Positions 26,734-37,088 of a stretch of DNA of 64,000 nt are shown in pieces. The stretch's first letter is position 1, and each line of letters begins with the position of its first letter. The notes under the pieces are model-generated. The model was given only the letters and a program-made list of their open reading frames with translations. It searched no databases and was not told the DNA's origin. The stretch lies in NCBI GenBank assembly GCA_040776905.1, contig JAXGZQ010000003.1, positions 3,382-67,381 on the forward strand. The letters are read 5' to 3'. The position numbers and the translations under genes are program-made. The stretch comes from Clostridia bacterium (lineage in GTDB: Bacteria > Bacillota > Clostridia > Saccharofermentanales > UBA5734).

Positions 26734-28008
26734 TTATGCCTCCTGCTTGTTGTGTTGGGTCAGTTCCATCAATTGACTGAGATCATCCAGCGAGACATCG
26801 GACTCGCTGCCGTCACTGAGGCGGCGCAGACGTGCTGATTTACGGTTCAGCTCATCATCGCCGATGACCAGCAGGAATCGGATCCCGCGCCTGGCCGCGT
26901 ATTTAATCTGTGCCTTGAGGCTGCGGCCGGTCAGATCAGTTTCAGCCCGGATACCGGCTTGACGCATCTGGCGGCTGAGCCGGCGCACCTGCGGGCCGGC
27001 CGACCCGGCTGCCGCCAGGTAAAGATCGGCTGTTTCCGGACCCGGCAGCTTGACACCCTGGGCCTGCAGTTCCATCAGCAGGCGCTCAACACCGAGCGCG
27101 AAACCGATGCCCGGCGTCGCCGGTCCACCCATGGTCTCAATCAGGCCGTCATAGCGGCCGCCGCCGCAGATGGTTCCCTGTGTTCCGACGTGGTCAGAAA
27201 TAAACTCGAACACGGTCCGGGTATAGTAGTCGAGGCCACGGACAATCCGCGGGTTGACACAAAATGGCAGATCGAGCAGTGTCAGTTCATTTTTCAGTGC
27301 TTCAAAATGGGTATCACAGTCCGGGCAGAGATGATCAATCAGCAGCGGTGCTTCGGCGGTCGCCTGCTGACAACGCTCTTCCTTACAGTCGAGGATGCGC
27401 AGCGGGTTTTTTTCAAAGCGGCCCTGACAGGTCGGACAGAGCGACGCGACCCGCGGCTGCAGCCAGGCCCTCAATTGCGTATGATAGGCCGTACGGCAGA
27501 CAGGACAGCCGATGCTGTTGATCTGGAGGCTGGTCTGGGATAGACCAAGCCGTTGGAAGAAAAGATCAATCAGGCTGATCAGCTCAGCATCGATTTCCGG
27601 CCCTGCGGCTGAAAAAGCCTCACAGCCGAACTGATGAAATTCGCGATACCGGCCTTTCTGTACATTTTCATAGCGGAAAGCGGTCATGTTGTAAAACAGG
27701 CGCACCGGAGACGGCCAGGAAGCCATACCGTTTTCCAGGTAGCTGCGCACAACACCCGCGGTTCCCTCCGGCCGGAGTGTCATGCTACGGCCACCCTTGT
27801 CGTCGAAGGTATACATTTCTTTCTGAACAACGTCGGTGGTATCGCCGACGCCGCGCTGAAACAGGTCCGTCTGCTCAAATGTCGGCACACGGATTTCCTG
27901 ATAGGCATGCAGATGACAAATGTCGGCAAATGTCTGCTCGAGCCACTGCCAGGCAGAAGATTCATCCGGCAGTATATCACGGGTTCCTTTCGGAGCGTTT
28001 ATTTTCAT
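26734..28008 (-). CDS. hisS: Histidine--tRNA ligase
   Basis: 424 aa. KGTRDILP, class II motifs and the [14 protein letters not shown] signature are present. Confidence 0.95.
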   Translation of the reverse strand: MKINAPKGTRDILPDESSAWQWLEQTFADICHLHAYQEIRVPTFEQTDLFQRGVGDTTDVVQKEMYTFDDKGGRSMTLRPEGTAGVVRSYLENGMASWPSPVRLFYNMTAFRYENVQKGRYREFHQFGCEAFSAAGPEIDAELISLIDLFFQRLGLSQTSLQINSIGCPVCRTAYHTQLRAWLQPRVASLCPTCQGRFEKNPLRILDCKEERCQQATAEAPLLIDHLCPDCDTHFEALKNELTLLDLPFCVNPRIVRGLDYYTRTVFEFISDHVGTQGTICGGGRYDGLIETMGGPATPGIGFALGVERLLMELQAQGVKLPGPETADLYLAAAGSAGPQVRRLSRQMRQAGIRAETDLTGRSLKAQIKYAARRGIRFLLVIGDDELNRKSARLRRLSDGSESDVSLDDLSQLMELTQHNKQEA

Positions 28009-28085
28009 GAATGGACCGGCCTCCTGTCAACGCGATGATCAGGACACGATCATCGCATGATATCGAATAGTCGGTCTATTATACC

Positions 28086-28847
28086 TCAAAAGTCATTAAA
28101 CTGGTAGGCCAGCATCGCGAGAACCACGATGCCCGCGGTTTCCGTGCGCAGGATGCGCTGACCGAGCGATACCGGGAAAATCCCCCTCCGTACAACCAAT
28201 TCTGCTTCTTCCAGAGCGAACCCGCCTTCCGGGCCGATCAGGATTGAGATTTGCATCACCGGGGCTGTTTTTACCTGTTTTGATAGCTGCTGTTCCAGAT
28301 ACGTCCGGATCCCGAGTCTGCGCTCACTCTCCCAGGGAAAGACGGCGAGATCCGCTTGCTGTATCGCCGCGACGGCCTCGCTGAAATCAACAGGTTCATC
28401 GACCTGTGGTATCACGCCGCGGCCGCATTGCCGGGCAGCCTCCAGCGCGATTTTCTGCCAGCGCTGAGTTTTCCTCTCGGCATCGCGTCCGGTCAGACGG
28501 ACGACACTGCGTTGGCAGCGGACCGGGACAATACGCCGTACGCCCAGCTCGACGGCTTTCTGGATCAGGATATCCATCCGGTCGCCGCGGGCCAGACCCT
28601 GATAAAGGACTGCCTGATAGGGGGGCTCAGCCTGATTCTCCACACGCTTCCCTACATGAATCACCGCCTGATTCGCGTTCAGGGACTCGATGATGCCGTG
28701 ATAATCCGATCGCTGCCCGTCACACACAATCAGGCGGTCACCGGGTTTCATGCGCAGAACATGAAACAGGTGATGGCAATCATCACCTGTTATCGTTATC
28801 CGGTCACATGGCCAGCTGATCGGTTGTTCATGAAAGACTCTGGGCAT
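28086..28847 (-). CDS. rsmE: 16S rRNA (uracil1498-N3)-methyltransferase
   Basis: 253 aa. It has a PUA-like N-terminus and a SPOUT C-terminus with LIGPEGGFALEE. Confidence 0.85.
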   Translation of the reverse strand: MPRVFHEQPISWPCDRITITGDDCHHLFHVLRMKPGDRLIVCDGQRSDYHGIIESLNANQAVIHVGKRVENQAEPPYQAVLYQGLARGDRMDILIQKAVELGVRRIVPVRCQRSVVRLTGRDAERKTQRWQKIALEAARQCGRGVIPQVDEPVDFSEAVAAIQQADLAVFPWESERRLGIRTYLEQQLSKQVKTAPVMQISILIGPEGGFALEEAELVVRRGIFPVSLGQRILRTETAGIVVLAMLAYQFNDF

Positions 28848-28876
28848 AGATTCTCCTGTTGACTGCCCTCATTCTA

Positions 28877-29818
28877 TCAGACTTCGCTGTTTTGAAAAAG
28901 AGGCGTTGATAGATACCGTTCACCACTGTCCGGCAGCAGGACAACGATACGCTTGCCGGCCATTTCCGGACGGGTGGAGACACGAATCGCTGCCTCCAGA
29001 GCCGCTCCGGAAGAAATTCCAACCAGCAGGCCTTCCATCTGAGCTGCTTCACGTGCGCGCTCAAATGCCTGGTCATTCGTCACCCTGATCACCTCGTCAT
29101 AGATGGACTGATCGAGAATATCCGGAACAAATCCAGCCCCGATGCCCTGAATCTTATGCGGACCGGCCCGGCCTTCCGATAAGATCGGTGAGTCTTCCGG
29201 CTCGACAGCAATAATACTGACATTCGGATTCTTCTCGCGAAGAAAGCCGCCGACACCGGTGATTGTGCCGCCTGTTCCGATTCCGGAAATAAACACGTCA
29301 ATCTGCCCGTCTGTATCCTGCCAGATTTCCTGAGCTGTTGTTTCGCGATGAATCGCCGGATTCGCGGCATTGCTGAACTGCATCGGCATGAACGCCCCCG
29401 CATGCTCTCTGACCAGTTCTTCAGCCTTGCTGATCGCTGCCTTCATCCCGCCGCTTCCCGGAGTCAGCACCAGTTCGGCACCCAACGCTTTCAGGAGCGC
29501 ACGGCGTTCAACACTCATGGTATCCGGCATGGTCAGGATCAGTCGATAACCATGTGACGCGGCCGCGAAGGCCAGGGCGATACCGGTATTGCCGCTGGTC
29601 GGTTCGATGATCAGACCGCCTTCCCGCAGCAGCCCGCGTGCCTCAGCATCCCGGATCATGGCCCAGCCGATCCGGTCCTTCACAGAAGACAGCGGGTTGA
29701 ATGATTCAATTTTCGCGACAATCTCAGCCTCTGTATGGTGAAATGCCGCCATTCGATCGAGTGCCAGAAGCGGAGTCCGGCCAATCAAGTCGGTGATATT
29801 CTTTGCGATTCTGCTCAT
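28877..29818 (-). CDS. cysK: Cysteine synthase A (O-acetylserine sulfhydrylase)
   Basis: 313 aa. The PLP lysine box is [11 protein letters not shown], with [10 protein letters not shown] and the [10 protein letters not shown] loop. GGGAGGAG precedes the ATG. Confidence 0.9.
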   Translation of the reverse strand: MSRIAKNITDLIGRTPLLALDRMAAFHHTEAEIVAKIESFNPLSSVKDRIGWAMIRDAEARGLLREGGLIIEPTSGNTGIALAFAAASHGYRLILTMPDTMSVERRALLKALGAELVLTPGSGGMKAAISKAEELVREHAGAFMPMQFSNAANPAIHRETTAQEIWQDTDGQIDVFISGIGTGGTITGVGGFLREKNPNVSIIAVEPEDSPILSEGRAGPHKIQGIGAGFVPDILDQSIYDEVIRVTNDQAFERAREAAQMEGLLVGISSGAALEAAIRVSTRPEMAGKRIVVLLPDSGERYLSTPLFQNSEV

Positions 29819-29957
29819 GAGTTCTCCTCCCGAAATTTAATTCTTAGTTATTCACTAGGTTTAGTGTATTTTATTCTAAGCGCTTCAATCTCATCTGTCA
29901 AGCGGCTGAACAACAATTCTTGCCGGATGGACTGATTTCAGTTACGATGGGCTGGAT

Positions 29958-31058
29958 ATGAAAGATAAGCGAATCGAACATGATGATCAGATCAACCCTA
30001 TGCCGGCTGTGGACCCTCAGGGCATCCGTGAACGTCTGCTCAACTGGTATGACCGCAGCGGCCGTGATCTGCCGTGGCGGCAGCGGCAGGACGCCTATGC
30101 GATCTGGCTGTCCGAGATCATGCTGCAGCAGACGCAGATCCAGACGGCGCTGCCCTTTTACCAGCGTTTTCTCACGCTGTGGCCTCAGATCACCGATCTG
30201 GCCCTTGCCTCGGAAGAGCAGGTTCTGAAAGCGTGGGAAGGACTTGGCTACTACAGCCGCGCCAGAAATCTTCATCGAACGGCGAAAATCGTCGCCGGCC
30301 GGGAGGGGCAGTTTCCCCCGTCAGCGGCCGGATTACGCCAGTTGCCGGGAATCGGAGCCTATACCGCCGGCGCGATCGCCTCAATCGCCTTCCAGGAAGC
30401 CGTCCCGGCCGTTGATGGCAATGTTGTCAGGGTGATTGCCCGGCTGGCAGCACAGCCGTGGGTCAGGGGACGTGAAGCTGACCGCAAATCGATCGAGCAC
30501 TGGCTGGAGCCGGTGATCCCGCCTGACCGGCCGGGTGATTTCAACCAGGCCCTGATGGATCTTGGTGCCACACGCTGTCTGCCGTCAAACCCCCGCTGCG
30601 CCGACTGTCCGCTTCGTTCTCTGTGCGTGGCTGCCAGTGAGGGGACCCAGGACCGGTATCCGCTGCGGCGGGCACCAAACAAACAGGCTGAGGAAAAGAA
30701 AGTCGTCCTGATCTTCTGCCGCGACGGTAAAATCCGGGTCAATCGGCAAGACGAAGAGGGACTGCTCTCCGGCCTTTACACATTTGACTGGCTGGATTCA
30801 ACTGATCCTGACATTGAAACGAGATGGCCAGAAACTGAGCGCGTCAACCTGGGGCATCATGTCCATATTTTTTCCCATCGCCGCTGGCAGATGCAGGGCT
30901 GGTTGATCCTATTGGATTCATCCGAGAATAACTGCCCCGAAAACCGAAGCGGTGAAGAAGGTATCTGGCTGACACGCAGGCAGCTGGATGAGATCCCGAT
31001 GGCCCGGGCCCTGTCCGTCTTCCGCGATCGTCTGTTCGCGCTCGACTACTGCCGCTGA
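29958..31058 (+). CDS. mutY: A/G-specific adenine DNA glycosylase
   Basis: 366 aa. It has LLNWYDRSGRDLPWRQ and WLSEIMLQQTQ, the Fe-S cluster loop CLPSNPRCADCPLRSLC and a NUDIX-like C-terminus. Confidence 0.9.
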   Translation: MKDKRIEHDDQINPMPAVDPQGIRERLLNWYDRSGRDLPWRQRQDAYAIWLSEIMLQQTQIQTALPFYQRFLTLWPQITDLALASEEQVLKAWEGLGYYSRARNLHRTAKIVAGREGQFPPSAAGLRQLPGIGAYTAGAIASIAFQEAVPAVDGNVVRVIARLAAQPWVRGREADRKSIEHWLEPVIPPDRPGDFNQALMDLGATRCLPSNPRCADCPLRSLCVAASEGTQDRYPLRRAPNKQAEEKKVVLIFCRDGKIRVNRQDEEGLLSGLYTFDWLDSTDPDIETRWPETERVNLGHHVHIFSHRRWQMQGWLILLDSSENNCPENRSGEEGIWLTRRQLDEIPMARALSVFRDRLFALDYCR

Positions 31059-32494
31059 CTGTCGCTAAGCGACGCCAAGGTCTGTTCAAGCAGCCGGGCA
31101 CTGAGAGCGGGATCCGCCCGTCCGCCACTCAGGCGCATCACCTGTCCCATGATGAAAACTCGTGCTTTGGTCCTGCCGCGAAGATAATCGCGTACTGCCC
31201 CAGGATATTGGCGCAGAACCTCGTCGATCCACCGCTGGATCTGGTCCTGATCAGTCTGTATGGCCAGCTGATGAATCTCGATGTAGTCTTGCGGATCCAC
31301 ATTGTCAGCCATCACTGCCTCAAGTGTCCGGCGTCCGCTCATTCTGGTGATCCGACCGTTTTCGACCTGTCGGATAATCCATGCCAGGTGTCCCGGCGGC
31401 AGCGTTATCTCAGCTGGTGTGCAGCCCTGTCGGCGGCAGATCTGGAGAAATTCACCCAGCAGCCAGCCGGCAGCGTCAGCCGGCGCTGTTCCCTGGTCGG
31501 TCAGCGCTTCAAATTGAGCGGACAACGCCGGAGAGGAGGTCAGCAGACTCGCGTCTTCCGGCCGGATCCCGAGCTGTCCGACATAGCGTTTTCGCTTGAC
31601 CGATGCCATTTCAGGAAGCCGCGCCCGAATCGCCTCAATCCGACCAGCCTCGAGGTGAACCGGCGGAAGATCCGGTTCCGGATCATAGCGGTAGTCCGCC
31701 GCCATCTCCTTCGATCGCAGGGCTCGGCTCTCCTGTCTTTTCTCATCCCAGCGGCGGGTTGCCGGCCGGATGATTTTGCCGGCCTGCAGCCGCTTAATCT
31801 GCCGCTGGCTTTCATGTCGGATTGCCCGACTGATCGCTTTGAATGAACTCAGATTCTTCATTTCCGTCCGGACACCCAGGGTCTGATCACCTTTTCGCCT
31901 GACTGAGATATTGACATCCACACGCAGCGACCCCTGTTCCATGCGCCCGTCTGAAATGTCGAGAAACAGAACCATCTCACGCAATGTGGTGATCAAATCG
32001 ATCGCCTCTTCCGCACTGCTCAGCTCCGGCTGTGTCACGATTTCCAGCAATGGAACACCACAGCGGTTATAATCGATCTGTGTCCCGCCGCTCTTCGGAT
32101 CTTCCGTCAATCTGGCGGTATCCTCTTCCATATGGATCTCACGGATCCTAATCACGCGTGATGGCTGGCGCGTCAGGCGGACTGAACCTTCCCGTCCGAT
32201 CGGCTGAAACCATTGTGTGATCTGGTAGCCTTTGGGCAGATCCGGATAGTCGTAAAATTTTCGGTCAAACCGTGACATCGGATCAATCCGGCAGCCGGTG
32301 GCGAGGCAAAGACGCAGAGCGAAATTGACAACCTGCGGGTTCAATACCGGCCGTGCACCCGGCAGACCGCGGCAGACCGGACAGATCTGGCTGTTTTCCG
32401 GCGCTCCGAAAGTTGTCGGGCAGCTGCAGAAGATTTTCTCTTCTGTCTGCAGTTCCACATGAATTTCCAATCCGATCACCGTCTCATAGTCCAT
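31046..32494 (-). CDS. gatB: Asp/Glu-tRNA amidotransferase subunit B
   Basis: The track ORF extends to 32680. I prefer ATG 32494 (MDYETVIGLEIHVEL..., the canonical GatB N-terminus) with AAAGGA upstream. No gatC or gatA is adjacent. Confidence 0.9.
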   Translation of the reverse strand: MDYETVIGLEIHVELQTEEKIFCSCPTTFGAPENSQICPVCRGLPGARPVLNPQVVNFALRLCLATGCRIDPMSRFDRKFYDYPDLPKGYQITQWFQPIGREGSVRLTRQPSRVIRIREIHMEEDTARLTEDPKSGGTQIDYNRCGVPLLEIVTQPELSSAEEAIDLITTLREMVLFLDISDGRMEQGSLRVDVNISVRRKGDQTLGVRTEMKNLSSFKAISRAIRHESQRQIKRLQAGKIIRPATRRWDEKRQESRALRSKEMAADYRYDPEPDLPPVHLEAGRIEAIRARLPEMASVKRKRYVGQLGIRPEDASLLTSSPALSAQFEALTDQGTAPADAAGWLLGEFLQICRRQGCTPAEITLPPGHLAWIIRQVENGRITRMSGRRTLEAVMADNVDPQDYIEIHQLAIQTDQDQIQRWIDEVLRQYPGAVRDYLRGRTKARVFIMGQVMRLSGGRADPALSARLLEQTLASLSDSQRQ

Positions 32495-32667
32495 GAATCG
32501 ATCCTTTCGTCTCTGGCTGATAGTGTTTTCATCATACCATGGAAATCCTGTGAAGCCATTCTGCCCGGGACGCCTGGCCAGACACCACGACCTGGCGATA
32601 ACAGGTTTGTGCATCGTGCCTGAGTGCGCTAAAATGACGACAGACATCTGTGACGGAGGAATGACAC

Positions 32668-33417
32668 ATGACGCTGCCAACCCTGCTTCTCCTGGCCGCG
32701 GCGGCCACTCTGGCGACCATGATCTGCCGACTGGTTTTCAGGCGGACGCCTGATCACTGGCTGATGGACTATGACGAAACGGAGATCCCTCCGGAAATGG
32801 AAAAGCTGAAGTCAATGCCCTGGTTTCCGGACACACTGCTGCTTGGTCTGGCACAGTTTCTTTTGTTTCTGCTGAGTTATCAAGTCCTCGGGCTTTCCGT
32901 CTACTGGGCACTCGTCATGCTGACCGCGCAGCCGCTCCTGCTGATCATGATCGCGGATCATAAAACGAAAATCATCCCGGACCAGTACCTGCTGGCACTC
33001 ATCCCGGCCGCGCTCTTCTTCTGGCTGGAGGCCAATCTGAACCATGCCTCGTCCGGTTGGCTGCGGGATTTGCTGACCCGCCTGGCCGCTGGATTTGCCG
33101 GCGCGTTTTTTCTCTGGCTGGTCGGGTTCATTGCCAGCAAGATCATGAAGCGTGACGCCATGGGCATGGGTGATGTCAAACTGCTGGCGGCCGCCGGCCT
33201 TCTCGTCGGCTTACGCTGGCTGCCCGCTTTACTGATTCTCTCGTTTTTTACCGCCGCGTTTCTCGCGCTTCCACTGCTGCTCAGACGGCGGCGCGACCCG
33301 GACGCAGACGCGGAAATGGCGTTCGGTCCGTTTATCTCACTGTCAATCATTCTGGTTCTTGCTTTTCACGGACTGCTGGCCAACCTGTGGCAATTCTATC
33401 TGAATCTGCTGAGTTGA
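32668..33417 (+). CDS. Prepilin (type IV) leader peptidase, A24 family
   Basis: 249 aa and polytopic. The first Asp box is ADHKTKIIPD and the second is MGMGDVKLLAAAG. GGAGGAA precedes the ATG. Confidence 0.75.
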   Translation: MTLPTLLLLAAAATLATMICRLVFRRTPDHWLMDYDETEIPPEMEKLKSMPWFPDTLLLGLAQFLLFLLSYQVLGLSVYWALVMLTAQPLLLIMIADHKTKIIPDQYLLALIPAALFFWLEANLNHASSGWLRDLLTRLAAGFAGAFFLWLVGFIASKIMKRDAMGMGDVKLLAAAGLLVGLRWLPALLILSFFTAAFLALPLLLRRRRDPDADAEMAFGPFISLSIILVLAFHGLLANLWQFYLNLLS

Positions 33418-33435
33418 GCCTATTCGGAGGTTGGC

Positions 33436-34461
33436 ATGCTAAGGCAACATCATCGTGATGAATCGAACGCGCAGCCGGGTATCCGGCAGCCAGCCTCAGT
33501 GCCCGGGCTGCCAGCGCCCGCCGCGGCAGCCTATCTGAAGACCGCGGGATTCCTTCTGCTTCTGCATGGCGGCCTATCCATCCTGCTGCGTCTCGTCCTG
33601 GACAAAATTCCTGTCTTTAGTGACCTTTTCAGCGGAAACACCCTGAGATCCTTTGTCTTATCCGGAACCCTGACCCAGCTCGTCCTCGTCCTGCTGCCGA
33701 CGGTTATCATATTGATGGTGGTCCGTCCGCCAGCCTCGGATCTGGTCGGCGGCCGGGCAAAAGCCGGCAGCCTGATCCTGGCCACGACCGTCGGCATACC
33801 GGCTGCTGTCGTTTTTCAGGGCCTCAACAATCTTCTGATCTTCGCCCTGGCACGGGCCGGGATCCGCATCAACATTCCCATGTCATCCAGCAGTTTCAGT
33901 GGCGATCTGCTTTTATCGCAGCCATGGACGGTCTGGCTTGTTGTCCTGCTGCTAGCGGTTGTCCTGCCGGGCCTGACAGAGGAATTGATGTTCCGCGGGC
34001 TTCTCCAGGGCGCCCTGCGTTCAGGCTGCCGACCCGCGGCAGCCATTATCTGGCAGGCATTGGCATTCGCTGTGTTCCATGCTGATCCGCTTTTTCTGCT
34101 CCCACCGTTTCTGGCTGGTGCCCTGCTCGGGTATATCCGGCATAAAAGTGAAAGCCTGCTCCCCTCGGTGCTGGCTCACATGACATTGAACTTCAGTCTG
34201 CTGGCCATCCGGCCTCTGCTTCCTCATCTGACCAGCCAGTACATCAGCAGCAGTGCCTCACAGGCCCAGTCCCTGCTCTATGCCTCGCTGATCGCGGCCT
34301 TCGTCGCGGCCGTCGCGTTCATTCCTCTGCTGGTACTGATCGGCCATCGCCAGCCTGATGATCAGTTTCAGTCCGGATCCGGACGCCGCTGGCTGCCGGG
34401 CTGGATATTCTTCGCCGCTCTGTTATTATTAACAGGCGGACTCTATCTGCAATCCATCTGA
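33436..34461 (+). CDS. CPBP-family intramembrane glutamic endopeptidase (CAAX protease-like)
   Basis: 341 aa and polytopic. Motif 1 is TEELMFRG, motif 2 is FAVFH, motif 3 is AHMTLNF. Confidence 0.75.
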   Translation: MLRQHHRDESNAQPGIRQPASVPGLPAPAAAAYLKTAGFLLLLHGGLSILLRLVLDKIPVFSDLFSGNTLRSFVLSGTLTQLVLVLLPTVIILMVVRPPASDLVGGRAKAGSLILATTVGIPAAVVFQGLNNLLIFALARAGIRINIPMSSSSFSGDLLLSQPWTVWLVVLLLAVVLPGLTEELMFRGLLQGALRSGCRPAAAIIWQALAFAVFHADPLFLLPPFLAGALLGYIRHKSESLLPSVLAHMTLNFSLLAIRPLLPHLTSQYISSSASQAQSLLYASLIAAFVAAVAFIPLLVLIGHRQPDDQFQSGSGRRWLPGWIFFAALLLLTGGLYLQSI

Positions 34462-34476
34462 CCCGGGAGGTGAATC

Positions 34477-35802
34477 ATGCAGCTTTCTGATCCTCGGCGC
34501 ATCACGCATGATAAGGCAATTATCCTGCTGATCATCAAATTTCTTCTGATCGGAGCGCTGCTGGCCGGTCTGATTTATCTCGGTGTCCGGCTCCTGTTTA
34601 TTGTCATTCCCTTCGCGGTCGGATTCATTCTGGCCCGGGCGTCGCTCGGTCTGTCCGGACATCTGCGGGGAGCCTGGCGCCGTGTCCGGCGCAAAAACCC
34701 GGAGCCTGAACCTGAAACAGAGCAGCCTGATACCGATGACACTGAAGAGAGCCTGCAGACACTGCTGCGCGACCGCCTGCTGCGGCCTGAACGAAAACAT
34801 GCCGGATCAGGCCTTGCGCTGACCCTCTATGCCCTGCTCCTGATCGCGTTCATCGCGGTACTGGCCGCCATTATCGCGGTTACCGTCAGTCAACTTCGCT
34901 CACTGGCCAATTATCTGCCGGACCTGATCGAGAACGCGGATCCAATTAACCGGATAACCCAGTTCTTCATTGACCTGTCAGAGCGGCTCGGTGGTTTTCT
35001 GACTCCGGATATGCTGACAGCCCTGGAAGATGAAATGGGCAATCTGCAGCAGCGGCTGCTGGAAACCCTGCCGAATCTCGCGGCCGGCCTGCTCAACAGC
35101 GTCGGCCAGTTTCTCAGCAGCCTGCCACTGGTCCTGTTTACGATCATCATCATTGTCATGTCGGGTTATTATTTCATTGTTGATCGGCACAAAATGCAGA
35201 AATTCATCCAGCGCAATCTGATCAGCCGACGTTTCCGCGACAAAGGAGCACTGCTGCTCGAACGGATTTCATCAACTTTGTTCAGAATCATCGGTGGTTA
35301 TCTGCTCTTGCTGCTGGTTACCTTCGCTGAAGTCCTGGTCGGACTGCTGATTCTGCGCATTCCCTATGCTGTCATTATCGCTCTGATTGTCTCGATCGTC
35401 GATTTTCTACCCGTCCTCGGTGCCAGCGCGACGATGGTCCCGATCGGGGTCTACCTCATTTTCACCGGCAATCTGTTCGCAGGCATCGGTGTTCTGGTCC
35501 TGCTGCTGATACTGACATTGATCCGCCGAGTCATCGAACCGCCGATCCTCGGCAACGCGATGCGCCTGCATCCTCTGGCGACGATCGCCGCCATGATCAT
35601 CGGCATCCGTTTTTATGGCCTGATCGGCATTGTGGTCGGTCCTCTGATTCTCTACATTTCGCGCGAAGTCATCCACCTTTTCGGTTTTGACAGCAAAATC
35701 CGCCAGTGGATCGGAGCCGTGCTGAACCACATCAGCCCGGCAGACGAACTGGACAGGGCCTTTCAGGACCCGGACAGCACGCCGGATGATCTGGACAAAT
35801 GA
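34477..35802 (+). CDS. AI-2E family transporter (PerM/YtvI-like)
   Basis: 441 aa with about 8 TM segments. The C-terminal part is Gly/Ile-rich (IVDFLPVLGAS...GIVVGPL), as is typical of UPF0118. Assigned from memory. Confidence 0.6.
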   Translation: MQLSDPRRITHDKAIILLIIKFLLIGALLAGLIYLGVRLLFIVIPFAVGFILARASLGLSGHLRGAWRRVRRKNPEPEPETEQPDTDDTEESLQTLLRDRLLRPERKHAGSGLALTLYALLLIAFIAVLAAIIAVTVSQLRSLANYLPDLIENADPINRITQFFIDLSERLGGFLTPDMLTALEDEMGNLQQRLLETLPNLAAGLLNSVGQFLSSLPLVLFTIIIIVMSGYYFIVDRHKMQKFIQRNLISRRFRDKGALLLERISSTLFRIIGGYLLLLLVTFAEVLVGLLILRIPYAVIIALIVSIVDFLPVLGASATMVPIGVYLIFTGNLFAGIGVLVLLLILTLIRRVIEPPILGNAMRLHPLATIAAMIIGIRFYGLIGIVVGPLILYISREVIHLFGFDSKIRQWIGAVLNHISPADELDRAFQDPDSTPDDLDK

Positions 35803-35820
35803 ATGATTGATGGATCGGTC

Positions 35821-35856
35821 CAAAGGCCGGCGGCTGATCAGCTGCCGGCCTTTTGG
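35821..35856. terminator. Bidirectional intrinsic terminator between convergent genes
   Basis: Near-perfect GC-rich palindrome aaaggccggcggctga/tcagctgccggccttt (35822-35853), flanked by A-run and T-run. It overlaps the last codons of the U32 gene. Confidence 0.6.
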
Positions 35857-37079
35857 CTGCGTCGCAGAAAAGCGTTTTGAACAGCCGGTTCCGGCAACGC
35901 AAGATAATACATCATACGGGGATGCGGTGTACTCCTGATCGGTTGAAATTCCAGATCGAACAGTTGGGCGCGATCGATGGAAAAGTGCCGGCCCTTCGGC
36001 TGGACACATTCCAGGCTCTCACCTTCCAGGACGCGATTGCGCTGTTCAACCAGCGCAAGTCCTCGCTGAGGCAGCCAGGCCCTGACAAGCCCAACGACAT
36101 CCGCTACGCGCTGGTAATCTTCATGGGCGGCAATCTGGGGGGCCTCCATCGGATCGTTGAAGTAAAAACCGGTCGAAAACGGCCGGTGGACCGTTTTATT
36201 GAGATCATCCAGCCAGGCAGGGTCGACCCGCGAATTTCCAGGGTCGGCCAGATAGGCATCGATGGCCTGGCGATAGGCTTTGACCGCGGTCGCGACATAA
36301 AAACTGCTGCGCGCTCTTCCCTCAATCTTGAAGCTGCGGATACCGGCCGCGGCCAGTTGGGGAATATGCTCAATCATGCACAGGTCTCGGGAACTGAGCA
36401 GATAACTTCCCTGCTGATCCTGGGTGACGATCAGCGGTTCATCGGGGCGGTTTTTCTCCGTAATTTGCCAGGACCAGCGGCAGGGCTGGGCACAATCCCC
36501 ATGATTGGCGTCCCGGCCGGTCAAAAGGCTGGACATCAGGCAGCGACCTGACCAGGCAACGCACATCGCGCCGTGAACAAAACTTTCCAGTTCCAGTGTC
36601 TCAGGGATGTCGTGATGGATCATTGAGATTTCAGTCAGGCTGAGCTCTCGGGCCAGAATGATCCGCTGAGCTCCGTGAGCATGCCAGAAGCGGCAGGTGG
36701 CCGCGTTGGTCACACTGGCCTGAGTACTGATATGCAGCGGAATATGCGGGAACATCTGCCGCAGCATCGTCAGAATGGCCGGGTCAGTGACGATAAACGC
36801 GTCAGGCCCCGTATCACCAATCTGTCTCAACTGGTCTTCCATTGCCGGGAAATCCCGCTGCCGGGCGAGAATATTCACCGCGACATAAACTCTGACCTGA
36901 TGCTGATGGGCATAGTCAACCGCTTCACGCAGCCGCTCAGCTGTCAGGCTGGCTGACGCGGAACGCAGACTGAAATCGCCTGCGCCGACATAAACGGCGT
37001 CCGCGCCGTACCGGATCGCTGTCTCCAGTTTTTCCAGAGAGCCGGCCGGTGCCAGAAGTTCAAGTTCAGGTGTTGTCAT
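35838..37079 (-). CDS. U32-family peptidase
   Basis: 413 aa. The N-terminus is PELLAPAGSLEKLETAIRYGADAVYVG. The U32 signature is LESFVHGAMCVAWSGRC. Confidence 0.85.
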   Translation of the reverse strand: MTTPELELLAPAGSLEKLETAIRYGADAVYVGAGDFSLRSASASLTAERLREAVDYAHQHQVRVYVAVNILARQRDFPAMEDQLRQIGDTGPDAFIVTDPAILTMLRQMFPHIPLHISTQASVTNAATCRFWHAHGAQRIILARELSLTEISMIHHDIPETLELESFVHGAMCVAWSGRCLMSSLLTGRDANHGDCAQPCRWSWQITEKNRPDEPLIVTQDQQGSYLLSSRDLCMIEHIPQLAAAGIRSFKIEGRARSSFYVATAVKAYRQAIDAYLADPGNSRVDPAWLDDLNKTVHRPFSTGFYFNDPMEAPQIAAHEDYQRVADVVGLVRAWLPQRGLALVEQRNRVLEGESLECVQPKGRHFSIDRAQLFDLEFQPIRSTPHPRMMYYLALPEPAVQNAFLRRSQKAGS

Positions 37080-37088
37080 CAGGCGGCC

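Noticed and set aside
28032-28083. Hairpin (28032-28056) and TATAAT-like box (28078-28083, minus strand) upstream of hisS as a regulatory leader or attenuator
   Set aside because: No U-tract follows the hairpin and there is no convincing -35. The gap is too short for a T-box. It is kept only as context in the T-box finding.
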